Shown: piece after piece, positions 42,901 to 51,623 of the stretch
How positions within the stretch are numbered: position 1 is the stretch's first letter
How the letters are laid out: every line of letters starts with the position of its first letter
DNA from: an uncultured virus (IMG/VR IMGVR_UViG_3300020213_000018)
Taxonomy: Duplodnaviria > Heunggongvirae > Uroviricota > Caudoviricetes
DNA: 61,105 nucleotides
Direction: 5' to 3' (one strand)
Virus record (IMG/VR): IMGVR_UViG_3300020213_000018
Translations under genes and position numbers: made by a program
The notes under the pieces: model-generated
Database searches by the model: none
The model's input: only the letters and a program-made list of their open reading frames with translations
Told to the model about the DNA's origin: nothing

Positions 42901-44896
42901 CTACCCCCTCACTTACAGGGATAGCTACATCACCTTCCTTTTGGGTTTGGGGTTGGTTATCTAATAACGCTTCAACTGCTTTTGTTAGTTCTGTTTCTTT
43001 ACCTGCTTCTTTGTCGGAGTGGTATAATTCAGAGATATTGGTTTCTCTACTTTTTTTAGGCAGTAGTTTATCAGGGTTTTCTGATTCGCTTCTAATATAT
43101 TCCTCTGTTTTATCAATATTATATTCGTGTTTTAGGTCAATATTATAGGACACTTTTGACCCTCTTAATCCTATGTTAGTTCCTATGTTTTTAGAAGATT
43201 GTGGATTATAAGTATCTACTTGATGGTCTGACACTCTCAATATCTCACCATCTGATAATTCTATATAAACAGACCCGCTTGGTGATTTATAAGTTACCTT
43301 ACCACCTAATCTTCTAATAAGTTCATTAGCGTGGGTTTCTATATTTTCAAACGCTTCGTTTAGTTTCCAATTATTTTTATTTACCTTAATAGCCTTTTCT
43401 GTACTCTCTACATCTTTTAATTCAGGGATAGCTACACTTTCTTTTTGCGTTTTGTTATTGTCAGTAATAAGTCCGCCATCAACATTATTATTATCTTCAA
43501 TTTCTAAAGAACTACCCAATAACAATCTATCTGCTTCTTTTTGTGTTATATCAGATTTCAATACAAAGGCAGTTACAAAAGATGAATAATAACCACGAAT
43601 AGCCTTCACGTTACTTTCAATCTTTTTGTAATTATCACGGTCAACACGGGACTTTAATCTGAATAAATAAATTGTGTCACCTGTTTTTGTATGCGTACTT
43701 TGAATCAACTGATATTTTTCGGTATCAAGTAACACCGTGTCCCCTACATTAACATCAAATGTTTTTTCAGGCGTTTCAGTTTTAAATAATGGTTTAGCGG
43801 TTTGTTTTGCCTCTTTCTCATAAACATTAAATAAATTACCCTTTTGAATATAACCATTTAATACTCTTTCAACAGATTCAAATAATTTATTACCACGACT
43901 ATTACGTATTTCGTCTGAAATAGTTGTTTGTATTTCACTCCAATCTTTATAATCCTTATCAGAATAAACTTTACGACCTGTCTTATTTCTGAATACATAA
44001 TAAACTTTTATATTACCAAAATAATTTTTAACTATTGCAGCAACTATAAATTCATCCGATGTAGGTAATTTTTCTATTTTAGGAAAAATAGTTTTTTCTT
44101 TTAATTCATTTAATAATTTTTGCTCATTATCTTGTTCCTCTAATCTATTTTTTTTATAAATTTTTTCACGTTCTTCTTCTTTTATGCGTTCTTTTTCAAG
44201 TAACTCATTAAATGATTCTTGACTTCCGATACGACCATTAGTTAACGCAGAAATAAATGACCATAAATTATCTTGCTTAATAGCTTTTAAATCAATCAAT
44301 AATTCAATTACAATTTGTCCCCAAACTTGGTAAGCATTAACTATTTTTTTACCAATGAAGTTTGAAGGTATGTTTTTAGATTCTTCTTTTGTTTCATCAA
44401 TTAATTTTAATGCTTCTTCTTTAGTTTTTGTAACTTTTCTTTTATACAATTCAAATCCCTTGCTGTCCATTCTGTAACCGAACCCATCTTTAACATCGTT
44501 GAACTCACGGTCAAGTCTTAATACCTTTGAAATAGTTTTTTTCTTTTCGTAATCAATAGCGTTATATCTGACACCGAGAGTTTCGTTTCCGTTTAACACT
44601 AAATTTTTATACCCACCAACACGTTCTTTAGTAAGTCCTGTAAACTTACCATGAATGGTAATTTGGGTTTGATATTTGAAAATTGGTAAATCCAATTCAT
44701 CCATACGTTCTAAGGTAATGCCTTTGCTTTCGATTTCATCAATAACAGCTTTATCAACTACTTTATCAGAGCGGTTTATGCCCTTTCGGGTATCGAAATT
44801 AATCTCATCGGCAATAATTTCTTCGGGTTTTGCATTACTTCTTTTTATTTCATTTTCAATGTTACCACCGTCTGTGTAAAAATCGTTTTGTTCCAT
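36980..44896 (-). CDS. 2638-aa polyvalent protein with beta-clamp-like, degenerate ART-like and RadC/JAB domains
   Basis: DDLRPIM..STDAHRL..YPKYEAVIP; YGYGIYF..QNP..GFDSLI; QEEFIVLYLD..GGIAGTVVD..AHNHPSGNIKPSDAD..LLD. Confidence 0.82.
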   Translation of the reverse strand: MEQNDFYTDGGNIENEIKRSNAKPEEIIADEINFDTRKGINRSDKVVDKAVIDEIESKGITLERMDELDLPIFKYQTQITIHGKFTGLTKERVGGYKNLVLNGNETLGVRYNAIDYEKKKTISKVLRLDREFNDVKDGFGYRMDSKGFELYKRKVTKTKEEALKLIDETKEESKNIPSNFIGKKIVNAYQVWGQIVIELLIDLKAIKQDNLWSFISALTNGRIGSQESFNELLEKERIKEEEREKIYKKNRLEEQDNEQKLLNELKEKTIFPKIEKLPTSDEFIVAAIVKNYFGNIKVYYVFRNKTGRKVYSDKDYKDWSEIQTTISDEIRNSRGNKLFESVERVLNGYIQKGNLFNVYEKEAKQTAKPLFKTETPEKTFDVNVGDTVLLDTEKYQLIQSTHTKTGDTIYLFRLKSRVDRDNYKKIESNVKAIRGYYSSFVTAFVLKSDITQKEADRLLLGSSLEIEDNNNVDGGLITDNNKTQKESVAIPELKDVESTEKAIKVNKNNWKLNEAFENIETHANELIRRLGGKVTYKSPSGSVYIELSDGEILRVSDHQVDTYNPQSSKNIGTNIGLRGSKVSYNIDLKHEYNIDKTEEYIRSESENPDKLLPKKSRETNISELYHSDKEAGKETELTKAVEALLDNQPQTQKEGDVAIPVSEGVVVDNAQSREEYIRDYYTGVKSSMEKRGNWIGFERDRVIESSKKDLKAAKENKVFDNMFLEEGYQQKITNPTEPNQSKVEPQKEGVSLIPVSEVESKANMSDLAKELSVTELTMYNRAVERSLGVDLKRTIEIADNIAQLEGKDRRDNLAFFAEALQYTISDLEDEKYERFYANQLLYIVSLDSFGFEQLERAIEVGAIEGGEVFLEHIALFKQAKNTFDGLENKSHKVLLQDFVQRFIIDKNPEKATQQDYIWMAINDLYKLIYFAKGNENNTTTLADYTGELINKYQNQSETELNKLINESALSIKKQTEEEGSIEYTEAKFESGKDGYGANIRYNKELIVIPLGRYETKDEVISRAEKSLAELKSGDLGESLQEQIRKDATDEENKLEGVKINYPIVLEKSEGLAERNIGFDYLYELEKMIKKAGVTNNPSQTYIKNKVWFKDYPNEGTISYVTIYGGHNDSDYNPETDDLMDYLKEKVDANFDWSIYEYGDKYKFGSYYTPEPKFKDGDLVQVSIVSEDLKNINYEYGHIKGESTFVRDSEKWKPHHTYNVVDMFDDEKNYNVMEGRLSLKTEQEVKEEFTQVKIEKGLADLLTKNEADELSNLYIISIDLKYKEYIEHNDNRNKYWKERFENEIWEIFYAWFSEVICRYPLMLTDWLNLQVEKLPNYKDHLLKEFVDVEYTLTNLNQFFNSLVKSNIGKNKAKGLYELLPEGMVYIGKLPKQLSYEIDPSSDYLVKIMKPFFSNDDLRPIMASINFDNNGATSTDAHRLMFIKGKTDKIGIYGYGKIASESGQYAKRSKYLVGKKDMKYPKYEAVIPTKYSDVITLNREAVEKIIMSLKTLKNVNYYGIVTEKCVVSLYKGEASAYNIHFLIDLFEAWLKIGFEKLEVTNKTLYSKGKELRRNILIVSPDIAKFTNGLKGSGSILMAVNIDSEGVVRNLYRGEMYIDINTGIAQTAGVTDDLFTDFNSAHGTFGAETESQEINDLNDVIELMEETVKEKPNDIETSEYLELLKEKLSTMRDKNKEKFKFGGKMVYNETKKYNNGGSLLSDKLSLFDDNELNNIDQINVINNTLFYRYYPVGVNPFELSFEATNKYGYGIYFLENSYYYKEKFKNGRLLTIKPRLQNPLIYVKGDNTIQNSEYIEAYMSAVKNDDIKTRDEFTRKMADAGFDSLIVTEHRGTYLVLFSNDPDLYDIESDVSVESIDYDNEKNIEESIKNSITETLSKYPDLIETEATFLYNNFKKTVLNGNEEMAIWITSDSFKGSIKKSLLKKNYIDDYWIVFNKPMSYDRNEYALTEKGKNFINDVQSGFETKTMAKGGNFYKGYDWGKKLIRAIVINEGILYAVESYMSADQISDNEKTLKENWSSLHDEIKNYYSLFDKEKGRTELKKLSEEEGAHYIMVKLLRGDDATYIVSDSSDEIKKSLLKIDNLFLQVTNELDLDRQGDAKMVDGGGVGNLTWTDNGAIATTEYNGETITKFSDDDNLFMVEDYSFTTIQQAMAHIDGGKPMDDKTINAYKHGAMAKGGTIGEDGFYDKIYYETKIGDNVFTVKKYFKSEFSDISGLRVWGIFKNGIHVDNADKLSYAKDMINGTNFQPANTYAKGGGVDEWIGKKVKRKNLRNGYNHYEVKSHSNEYGYFLKDIKGDTDITATTRQLNNEFELDEQYAKGGDVVPYAKPLPAVVIEDEGNVDDVNAITDDDKKTKKIKTVREIELIFKDTDIPSDKISSSKDSYDYFWKLWDKNAINIQEEFIVLYLDRQNKIKGYNKLSKGGIAGTVVDSSIILATASKALASGVIVAHNHPSGNIKPSDADIKFTKQLKEALKLVSINLLDSQIIVPTEGSYYSMADEGFMYKDGGNISYGEGGEIDNPRALGTALKQYFKKTYDIDIDTRYIKTVRGLDRSWYEISTFSSKQIIPNEVRKELLVLSYGKTLSELNVGNPDDISYGNVRGQMMSVYGIHWKEWLKSKN

Positions 44897-44929
44897 GATT
44901 TTATTTTTTTAAAAAATTACTTTATATTT

Positions 44930-47900
44930 TTATTTTTTTACAAACAACTCATCATAAATACCCTTGCTTGGGACTTTATTATCTCTAAATTTGAACTTAC
45001 ATGATTTATTTTTTGAAATTGAACCTCCTTCTTTAAGTTCTTTTTCATCATGCTCATCGTTTTCTTTTTCTTTGTAAAATTCCGTTGATTCATTAATGGT
45101 AATCTCATCACCCAAGTCGTAATCGTCATATTGTTTCTGTGTTATTGCTTTTACTTTTAAACCATCTTCGGTAGCCTTATCTACCAAACGTATTACTGTG
45201 TCAATCTCATCCTGTTTATCTATATCGTATTTAGCTACCATATACCAATTTTCTTCATCTTCTTCAATGGCAAAAATAGCAAAATAAACAATCTGTGAAA
45301 CTATACCACCATCAGCATAAGTAACTATATGATAATCCTCTACAATTTCATTATTAAAATGATTGTATATTTTTGGTATAATTTTTTTATTTTGTCTGTT
45401 TTTTAATTCACTAAAGAAACCTATTACATCGGTAGCAGAAAATTCCTGCAACACCTTATATAGTTTTAAACCAAATTTTTTATCTCGATGCTCTTCATCA
45501 ATGTATATTGATTGAACGCTTAAAAATTTACCTGTGTATCGTCCATGATAGTCATTAAGATAATTATCACGAGCTTCAAGTACACCAACACGTTCATCGT
45601 TATACCATAATGTAATATACTTAGCGTTATCAGGGTCATTTACTGCAATCACATAACCATCTTTATTTTCATAAACAATATGTTTTCCGTTATTATCTAT
45701 GTATAAAAATGTAAAAAGTCCGCCACCTTTTGCCATTTTATCTTTTACTTTCAATATGCAACTTTCATATTTATGTAATTGCGCTGCGTTCCATTCACTT
45801 CTTTTTTGTGTACCTGCGGTATGACCGATTGAAACCGTACAAATAGAAAACGGATTTATTGAACCGCCTTTTTTAAACATCGGTATTCCTTGTTCAATTG
45901 ATTCCTGTAATTGGGAAGTAATATCTATTGATGGTTGAGTAGATGTTTTTTTACCGAAATCAATAGGATATTTATTTGCTGAATTAACTAAATCAGCATG
46001 ATGGTCTTCATTTGAATAAAAATTATCTCTCCAACTAAGAGAGCCATCAGATAATATTTTATTATCTACTTTGCTTTTCAATAAATATTTATTTTGTAAT
46101 TTTTCAACATAAGTATTTTCAACTGTGATTTCTCGTGAGGGTTGTTTTAACACGTTAATATCAAGAGTTTCAATTTCAGATTCAATTATTTCTGTTGTTT
46201 TTCCTGTCAATTCTTTAACCAACGATTTTAATACAGAACCAACTATACCTTCTTTACCTTGTATTATAGAACCATAAAATCCAATCATTCCGCTACTTGA
46301 TAATTTTAAATCATCATCTGTAAGTTCACCATAAGTTGTTTGACCCATATTATCTGTAAGACCAACCTTATTTTTAATTCGTTCCGCAACATCCTTGCCA
46401 ACCAATTTTTCAATTTGTTTTAAATCAATATCACGTTCTTTTAAAACCATTTGATTTGATTTATCGTATGTGGTAATTCCGTAACCTTGTTCATCATCAC
46501 CAACCTGCCACCAAGAAATTTTACTAAGTTGTTTACTCAAATCATATAAATCATTTTCCTGCTCACCTGTCATCCACGAAAATTTATTAGCATCATTCTT
46601 AACAGCGTGTTGTAGTAATACTTTTAAACCTAATTTAACCCACTTGTTTGTATCTGTAACGAATGGGGCGGTTGGTACGCCATTTACTCCTTTAATCAAC
46701 ATATTATCCGTAGCAACTTCTTCATCTGTTCTATCTGAGTACCAACTATGCCCATATTTACGTTTCATTTCTTCACGAAATTCAACAAGATTTTTTCCAT
46801 CATTAGTTTTAAACCCTTCTCTCTTAGCTTTTTGACCCCAATCTGACTGAATTTCCGATACGAAAAGAACTTTATAACCGTTAGCATCAGTTCTTATATC
46901 GTAACGCAAATGCACTAAAATATTTTTTTCATCCCAATGACTTGAAGTGAATGTTTGTATTGATTTGTGCGATAAACTATCAATATAATTTAATTGATGT
47001 AATTCGTTTTCGGTTAATATACCTGAGTTTTTATAATCGTATAAATTAAAAGTATTCCACTCAACCGTATCTGATTTTATACCTACCCTTTCTTTTACAC
47101 TATCAGACAACGCATGAAATAATTTATTATAAAATAAACGATTCTTTTGTTCTTCATCAGGCATCATAATTAATACCTCTGTATAATTTTTTGATTCTCC
47201 TGATAAAACGTGCTTTGAGTATTTAGTTTTAGATTTTCTTTTTTCTATATTATCATAATTCACTTTATCTAAGGCTGATTGTATAGCCTCCGCTTCATCA
47301 TCAACTTCATTAGCGTTAATTCCAATTACACCAATATCTCCACCAAAATCAATTTCCCATGAACCCGATGCGAATTGATTAAAAGATACTTTTTTAATAT
47401 CTTTCTCTTGTATATTTTTAATATCTCCCTTAACTACTTCAATAAACTCTAATGAATTATCACGAATAAAATTTAACACATCAATTTTTAATACTTGCTC
47501 GTCAGGTTTTTTTGTATCTAAATACTCGGTTAAACCCGTATAGATTGCTTCATCAGATTTAGTTCCAATAATATCCTTCCATTTGTTTGTAGATGCACGG
47601 TCTTGTTTAAATTCAAGGATACGTTTTTCAATAGGTGAATAAAAACCCATTTCATTAACGGTTGGTGATATTTTTTTAGTTTGTTGTTCGACTACGCCAC
47701 CGTTAGAAAGTTTTTCATAATTCTCATCAACTTCAACAACAGTACCCGTATTATCAATTCTCAACCCTGCCATATACTTTATGTCATTAAGAAAAGTATT
47801 ATAATACTTTACTATTCTTTCATCGTATGTACGTTCATTAATTCGCTTGTAATTATTTTCCTCTAATCGCTTCATGGCACTATAATAACTTTTAAGCACT

Positions 47901-50677
47901 ATCCTGTATTGAGCGGGAGTGCTACGATTAATCGGTGAAGGGAATACCTGTTTGAATTTTTTACCGATAATTTCTTCTTTTTTATAATGAGTGATTGGTA
48001 TTTTGCCACCTAATACAAATTCGTTTTTATTTAACTCATAGTTCATAGCGCAAATATTTATTTCACCACCTTCATCAAAACGAACATCTCCACCATTTAC
48101 TGAAAACTTTTGTAAAATTTCCCATAAAGGAGGATTTGTTAATTTTTTTCCATCACTTAAAATAACATCTGTGAAATCGGACAAATATCTAAAATGGTAT
48201 TTTTGTATATTATATCCACCTGCTCCGATAGCTTCTGTTTTAAATGTAAACTTACTTCCATTTTCAAAATTAAATAAAATTAATCCTTGAAACCCTTTTG
48301 CTCCAACTTCAAGTTGAATTAATTTATAATTTTTAATAGGTATGTTTATCTTTTCAAAATTTCCAAAAACAGAAAGTAAAAATTTCAATCTCAAATTAAA
48401 TATGTAGTATGTTATTTCTCTATCTAAAACTTTCTCATAGTCCGATTTTAATTTAAGATTTTTATAGTAAGGAACATCAATAATACCATCTTCATTAAGT
48501 CTTATTCTCCAATTATATACTTTACCTTTTACTTTTTTAACAACATCTTCCCAACTACTAAATATCTCTCTCCAAAACGGTATTTGTTCCCTTATGATTT
48601 CTGCTTTAACCTCTACAATATAACTTTTAATCAAATCATTATACCTAATCATTTCTCTCTCGTATATTTTATCCTCCATAGGCTTAAATGATAATTCAAT
48701 ATCTTTAAGCATTTTAGTTAAAACATCCTTATTTATACTCGGCATTAAATTATAGGCTTGTTGATAAAGTTTTTTAATTTCATCTTCTCGCTTCTGTTCT
48801 TCCGTTCTTTCCTGTCTTTTAGTTATTTTTAATTTGATTTGCTTTAACTTATGCTTTACTTCTTTTTCTATCGGAGCTAATGGGTCAGGTATTTTTTGAT
48901 AATCATAAACAGCCTTCTCGTATTTATTCATCAAAGGAATATACTCTTTTTTAAAATTACCGTAAGATTCAACTAATTGTATAAGTATAGTGCTTTCGTA
49001 ATAATCTTTACCATCACTAATGTATCTGTTGTATTCTGTATATTTAATTTGTATAGTTGTTCCGTACTCTTTACCTATATTATGGATGCTTTTTTGTTCT
49101 ATACCTTCTGATTTTAATAAATCTACAATAAAATCTCCTGAACTTTTCTTTGAAAATAATTTCAAATAATTATCAATAGCATATTTAATTTTATCGTAAT
49201 GAGCTTTTATTAAAGTATCATTTTCAACATCAAAATCAATAAATTTTTGTATTTCAGTTTTATATGACTGAGATGCTTTTTCTCTTATTAAAGGTGTAAT
49301 GTTTTCAGTAGTTATTAATCCGCCTTCATTAAATTTAATAATACCACCATCATTAAAACGAATATCAGTATTACTACCGTCAAAAGTTGTGTTAGTTCCG
49401 TCTGCTAACTTTATATCGTTTGCATTATAAACCGCATAAGTCTTATCACCTCTTTCAAAAGAAATCCAACCTCCAAAACCATTTTCAGTTAAAAACTTCT
49501 GCACAGTTTCGTTCTCAAACATATTCCAATTATCTCGTGCTTTTGTTTTGTAAGATGTAAGGTTTCGTTTTTTGATATACAATGTTTTATCATAACTACT
49601 TTTCGTATTTTTCAATCGTATAGTAAAATATCTTTTATCCTCATCTTCTTTTGGTAAAGTGTTTATATTATCAATATAATACTTTTTTATATTTACAACT
49701 TTATCGAAAAATTCAACAGCAATAGGGTCTTCGTTAAGTTTCATCCTATAAGTTTTTTCATCTAAAATATAAGGTTCAAATGTTTTTCCATTATATTTTA
49801 TTTCCTTTCTTCCATTAGAACTCAATGAGAATGAAGTCGAGTTAATATAATCAGCAACTACCCATTCCATTTTTTCATCAAAATCTCTTTCATTGACTGT
49901 ATAAGCTAAATTTTCATCTTTGTAAATTAACATACGGTTTTCGTGTTGCGACATAGAAATTTTCTCAGGAATAACATCGCCCACATTGGCTTTCAAAATA
50001 TCGTCTGTCATTTGGTCAGGATATATAGTAACTATACCCGACAATTGTTCAACCACATCTTCTTTATCTAAATCAGCATCCAAAAACCACATAGTACCAT
50101 GAGATACATTAATCTTTTTGGGTAATTCTTTATTAGCTAATTCAATAACCGATTTATTATTAGGGTCAAATAGATTCTTTATGTTTAAGAAACAGGCATA
50201 CGAATCAATATCCGCATCAAGTCCACCGTCCATACTTTTTGTTTCAGCATAAGATTCAGCAAATGCCCTACTTTCAGAAAAAAAAGCGGGTAATCTTTTA
50301 AATTCATTAAATTTTTTTTCTGCACCGTAATTATACATGAACCCGTGATAAACTACTAATGGCTTTCCATCTTTATCAACTACTTTACTAACGGCAGGAA
50401 AAAATTTATCTCCAATTTTTGAATTGGGATATAATTTTAATGCAAAACTAATTAATTCCTCACCCGCAACCTTTATAGCACCTCTACGTTCACTCTCGCT
50501 ATTATTAGCTTGAATTGACATCTCGAATAAAAATTCTTCTTCGTTGCCTTTAAACGAACTTTTTAAAATTCCTTTAATGTTATCACCAAGTAATTTTGCT
50601 TTGGCTAATAATTCCCAATCACCGAACCATTTTTTAAATTCAGCAGAGTAAATAATATTATTTTTATTACTTTCCAT
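44930..50677 (-). CDS. 1915-aa polyvalent protein: ART-PolyVal, EIQSD-type domain, GNAT acetyltransferase
   Basis: FKKWFGDW..SKVVDKDGKPLVVYHG..FFS..AESYA..LNIKN..DIRF; SHW..HLR..SEIQSDW..APF; VQSIYIDEEHRDKKFGLKLY. Confidence 0.8.
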   Translation of the reverse strand: MESNKNNIIYSAEFKKWFGDWELLAKAKLLGDNIKGILKSSFKGNEEEFLFEMSIQANNSESERRGAIKVAGEELISFALKLYPNSKIGDKFFPAVSKVVDKDGKPLVVYHGFMYNYGAEKKFNEFKRLPAFFSESRAFAESYAETKSMDGGLDADIDSYACFLNIKNLFDPNNKSVIELANKELPKKINVSHGTMWFLDADLDKEDVVEQLSGIVTIYPDQMTDDILKANVGDVIPEKISMSQHENRMLIYKDENLAYTVNERDFDEKMEWVVADYINSTSFSLSSNGRKEIKYNGKTFEPYILDEKTYRMKLNEDPIAVEFFDKVVNIKKYYIDNINTLPKEDEDKRYFTIRLKNTKSSYDKTLYIKKRNLTSYKTKARDNWNMFENETVQKFLTENGFGGWISFERGDKTYAVYNANDIKLADGTNTTFDGSNTDIRFNDGGIIKFNEGGLITTENITPLIREKASQSYKTEIQKFIDFDVENDTLIKAHYDKIKYAIDNYLKLFSKKSSGDFIVDLLKSEGIEQKSIHNIGKEYGTTIQIKYTEYNRYISDGKDYYESTILIQLVESYGNFKKEYIPLMNKYEKAVYDYQKIPDPLAPIEKEVKHKLKQIKLKITKRQERTEEQKREDEIKKLYQQAYNLMPSINKDVLTKMLKDIELSFKPMEDKIYEREMIRYNDLIKSYIVEVKAEIIREQIPFWREIFSSWEDVVKKVKGKVYNWRIRLNEDGIIDVPYYKNLKLKSDYEKVLDREITYYIFNLRLKFLLSVFGNFEKINIPIKNYKLIQLEVGAKGFQGLILFNFENGSKFTFKTEAIGAGGYNIQKYHFRYLSDFTDVILSDGKKLTNPPLWEILQKFSVNGGDVRFDEGGEINICAMNYELNKNEFVLGGKIPITHYKKEEIIGKKFKQVFPSPINRSTPAQYRIVLKSYYSAMKRLEENNYKRINERTYDERIVKYYNTFLNDIKYMAGLRIDNTGTVVEVDENYEKLSNGGVVEQQTKKISPTVNEMGFYSPIEKRILEFKQDRASTNKWKDIIGTKSDEAIYTGLTEYLDTKKPDEQVLKIDVLNFIRDNSLEFIEVVKGDIKNIQEKDIKKVSFNQFASGSWEIDFGGDIGVIGINANEVDDEAEAIQSALDKVNYDNIEKRKSKTKYSKHVLSGESKNYTEVLIMMPDEEQKNRLFYNKLFHALSDSVKERVGIKSDTVEWNTFNLYDYKNSGILTENELHQLNYIDSLSHKSIQTFTSSHWDEKNILVHLRYDIRTDANGYKVLFVSEIQSDWGQKAKREGFKTNDGKNLVEFREEMKRKYGHSWYSDRTDEEVATDNMLIKGVNGVPTAPFVTDTNKWVKLGLKVLLQHAVKNDANKFSWMTGEQENDLYDLSKQLSKISWWQVGDDEQGYGITTYDKSNQMVLKERDIDLKQIEKLVGKDVAERIKNKVGLTDNMGQTTYGELTDDDLKLSSSGMIGFYGSIIQGKEGIVGSVLKSLVKELTGKTTEIIESEIETLDINVLKQPSREITVENTYVEKLQNKYLLKSKVDNKILSDGSLSWRDNFYSNEDHHADLVNSANKYPIDFGKKTSTQPSIDITSQLQESIEQGIPMFKKGGSINPFSICTVSIGHTAGTQKRSEWNAAQLHKYESCILKVKDKMAKGGGLFTFLYIDNNGKHIVYENKDGYVIAVNDPDNAKYITLWYNDERVGVLEARDNYLNDYHGRYTGKFLSVQSIYIDEEHRDKKFGLKLYKVLQEFSATDVIGFFSELKNRQNKKIIPKIYNHFNNEIVEDYHIVTYADGGIVSQIVYFAIFAIEEDEENWYMVAKYDIDKQDEIDTVIRLVDKATEDGLKVKAITQKQYDDYDLGDEITINESTEFYKEKENDEHDEKELKEGGSISKNKSCKFKFRDNKVPSKGIYDELFVKK

Positions 50678-50681
50678 TATT

Positions 50682-51623
50682 TTACTTTATAACCATATAA
50701 TACGGTTTCAAAAACATTTTTTTTAATTTAATTCCACCAATATATTCATAAGGATAATCAGGTGAACGACCTAATATTTCACGAAGCGTTTTACTGTCAA
50801 TGTGATTGTCGGTATCTAAATTCTTTTTTACTTTTTCTTCTTTATCATTATTTGTTTTACGTTCATCCACAACACCACCTTCTTCATAAGTATCTCTATC
50901 GTTTATATCAATTACTTCACCCTTCATAATGAATGATGATTCGAGTTCAGGAATTAAATAATGTTTACGTAAAGTACCCGAACCGTGTCCAACTTTAGAT
51001 GCTATTGAACGTAAAGTTTTTAAAAATAATTTCTTTCGCTCTTTTTGATTTTTTTCCTCAGTATCTTTATCAGGCATTTCAACGTTTTTCAACTTATCTA
51101 TTACCCATTTGTTGCTAGAAAATCCACGTATGTCTTTTGAACGTATATCAAAGTCCGCCAAGTATCGGTTAACAGCATCTGCTTTAACCCTAAACCCATC
51201 TGAAGTTTCAAACACATAATTACTTTTTGAAGTAGCGATTGCTTTTTTTAATGCTTCGGCTAACTTAGCATCTGAAAAACTCCTTTCATGGTCAACACCT
51301 GATTTACCAACATATTTTAAAATAATTTTATTACCATCAAATTTAATATGTTTTTTTCTAAACCAAGTAATTCCGAAATGACCATTAGATGCCGATGCTT
51401 CATTCCCAATCCGTTCTCCCGTAGAAAGCATAAGTGAAACTACTAATGCCTTTAAAAATACTTTTTCATTTTCGTCTTTGATGTCAGTACTAACATTGTA
51501 ACGTAACTTACGCATATTGTTTGACAATACCTCAATCTGTTCTTTTTTCTTATCCCAACGTTTACGTAAGTCTTCCTCAGAAATCTCAGGTCGTTTTTCA
51601 AATTTAGGTTTTGTAGTAAACAT
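50682..51623 (-). CDS. DNA topoisomerase IB catalytic core
   Basis: ERIGN (Arg), VGKSG (Lys), KDIRG (Arg), VGH (His), LRKHY (Tyr nucleophile). Confidence 0.88.
   Translation of the reverse strand: MFTTKPKFEKRPEISEEDLRKRWDKKKEQIEVLSNNMRKLRYNVSTDIKDENEKVFLKALVVSLMLSTGERIGNEASASNGHFGITWFRKKHIKFDGNKIILKYVGKSGVDHERSFSDAKLAEALKKAIATSKSNYVFETSDGFRVKADAVNRYLADFDIRSKDIRGFSSNKWVIDKLKNVEMPDKDTEEKNQKERKKLFLKTLRSIASKVGHGSGTLRKHYLIPELESSFIMKGEVIDINDRDTYEEGGVVDERKTNNDKEEKVKKNLDTDNHIDSKTLREILGRSPDYPYEYIGGIKLKKMFLKPYYMVIK

Noticed and set aside
13629..47866. Many plus-strand ORFs of 60-170 aa (e.g. 13629, 17016, 20760, 23380, 37734, 42867)
   Set aside because: Antisense shadows of long minus-strand genes, with S/L/F-rich composition and no motifs
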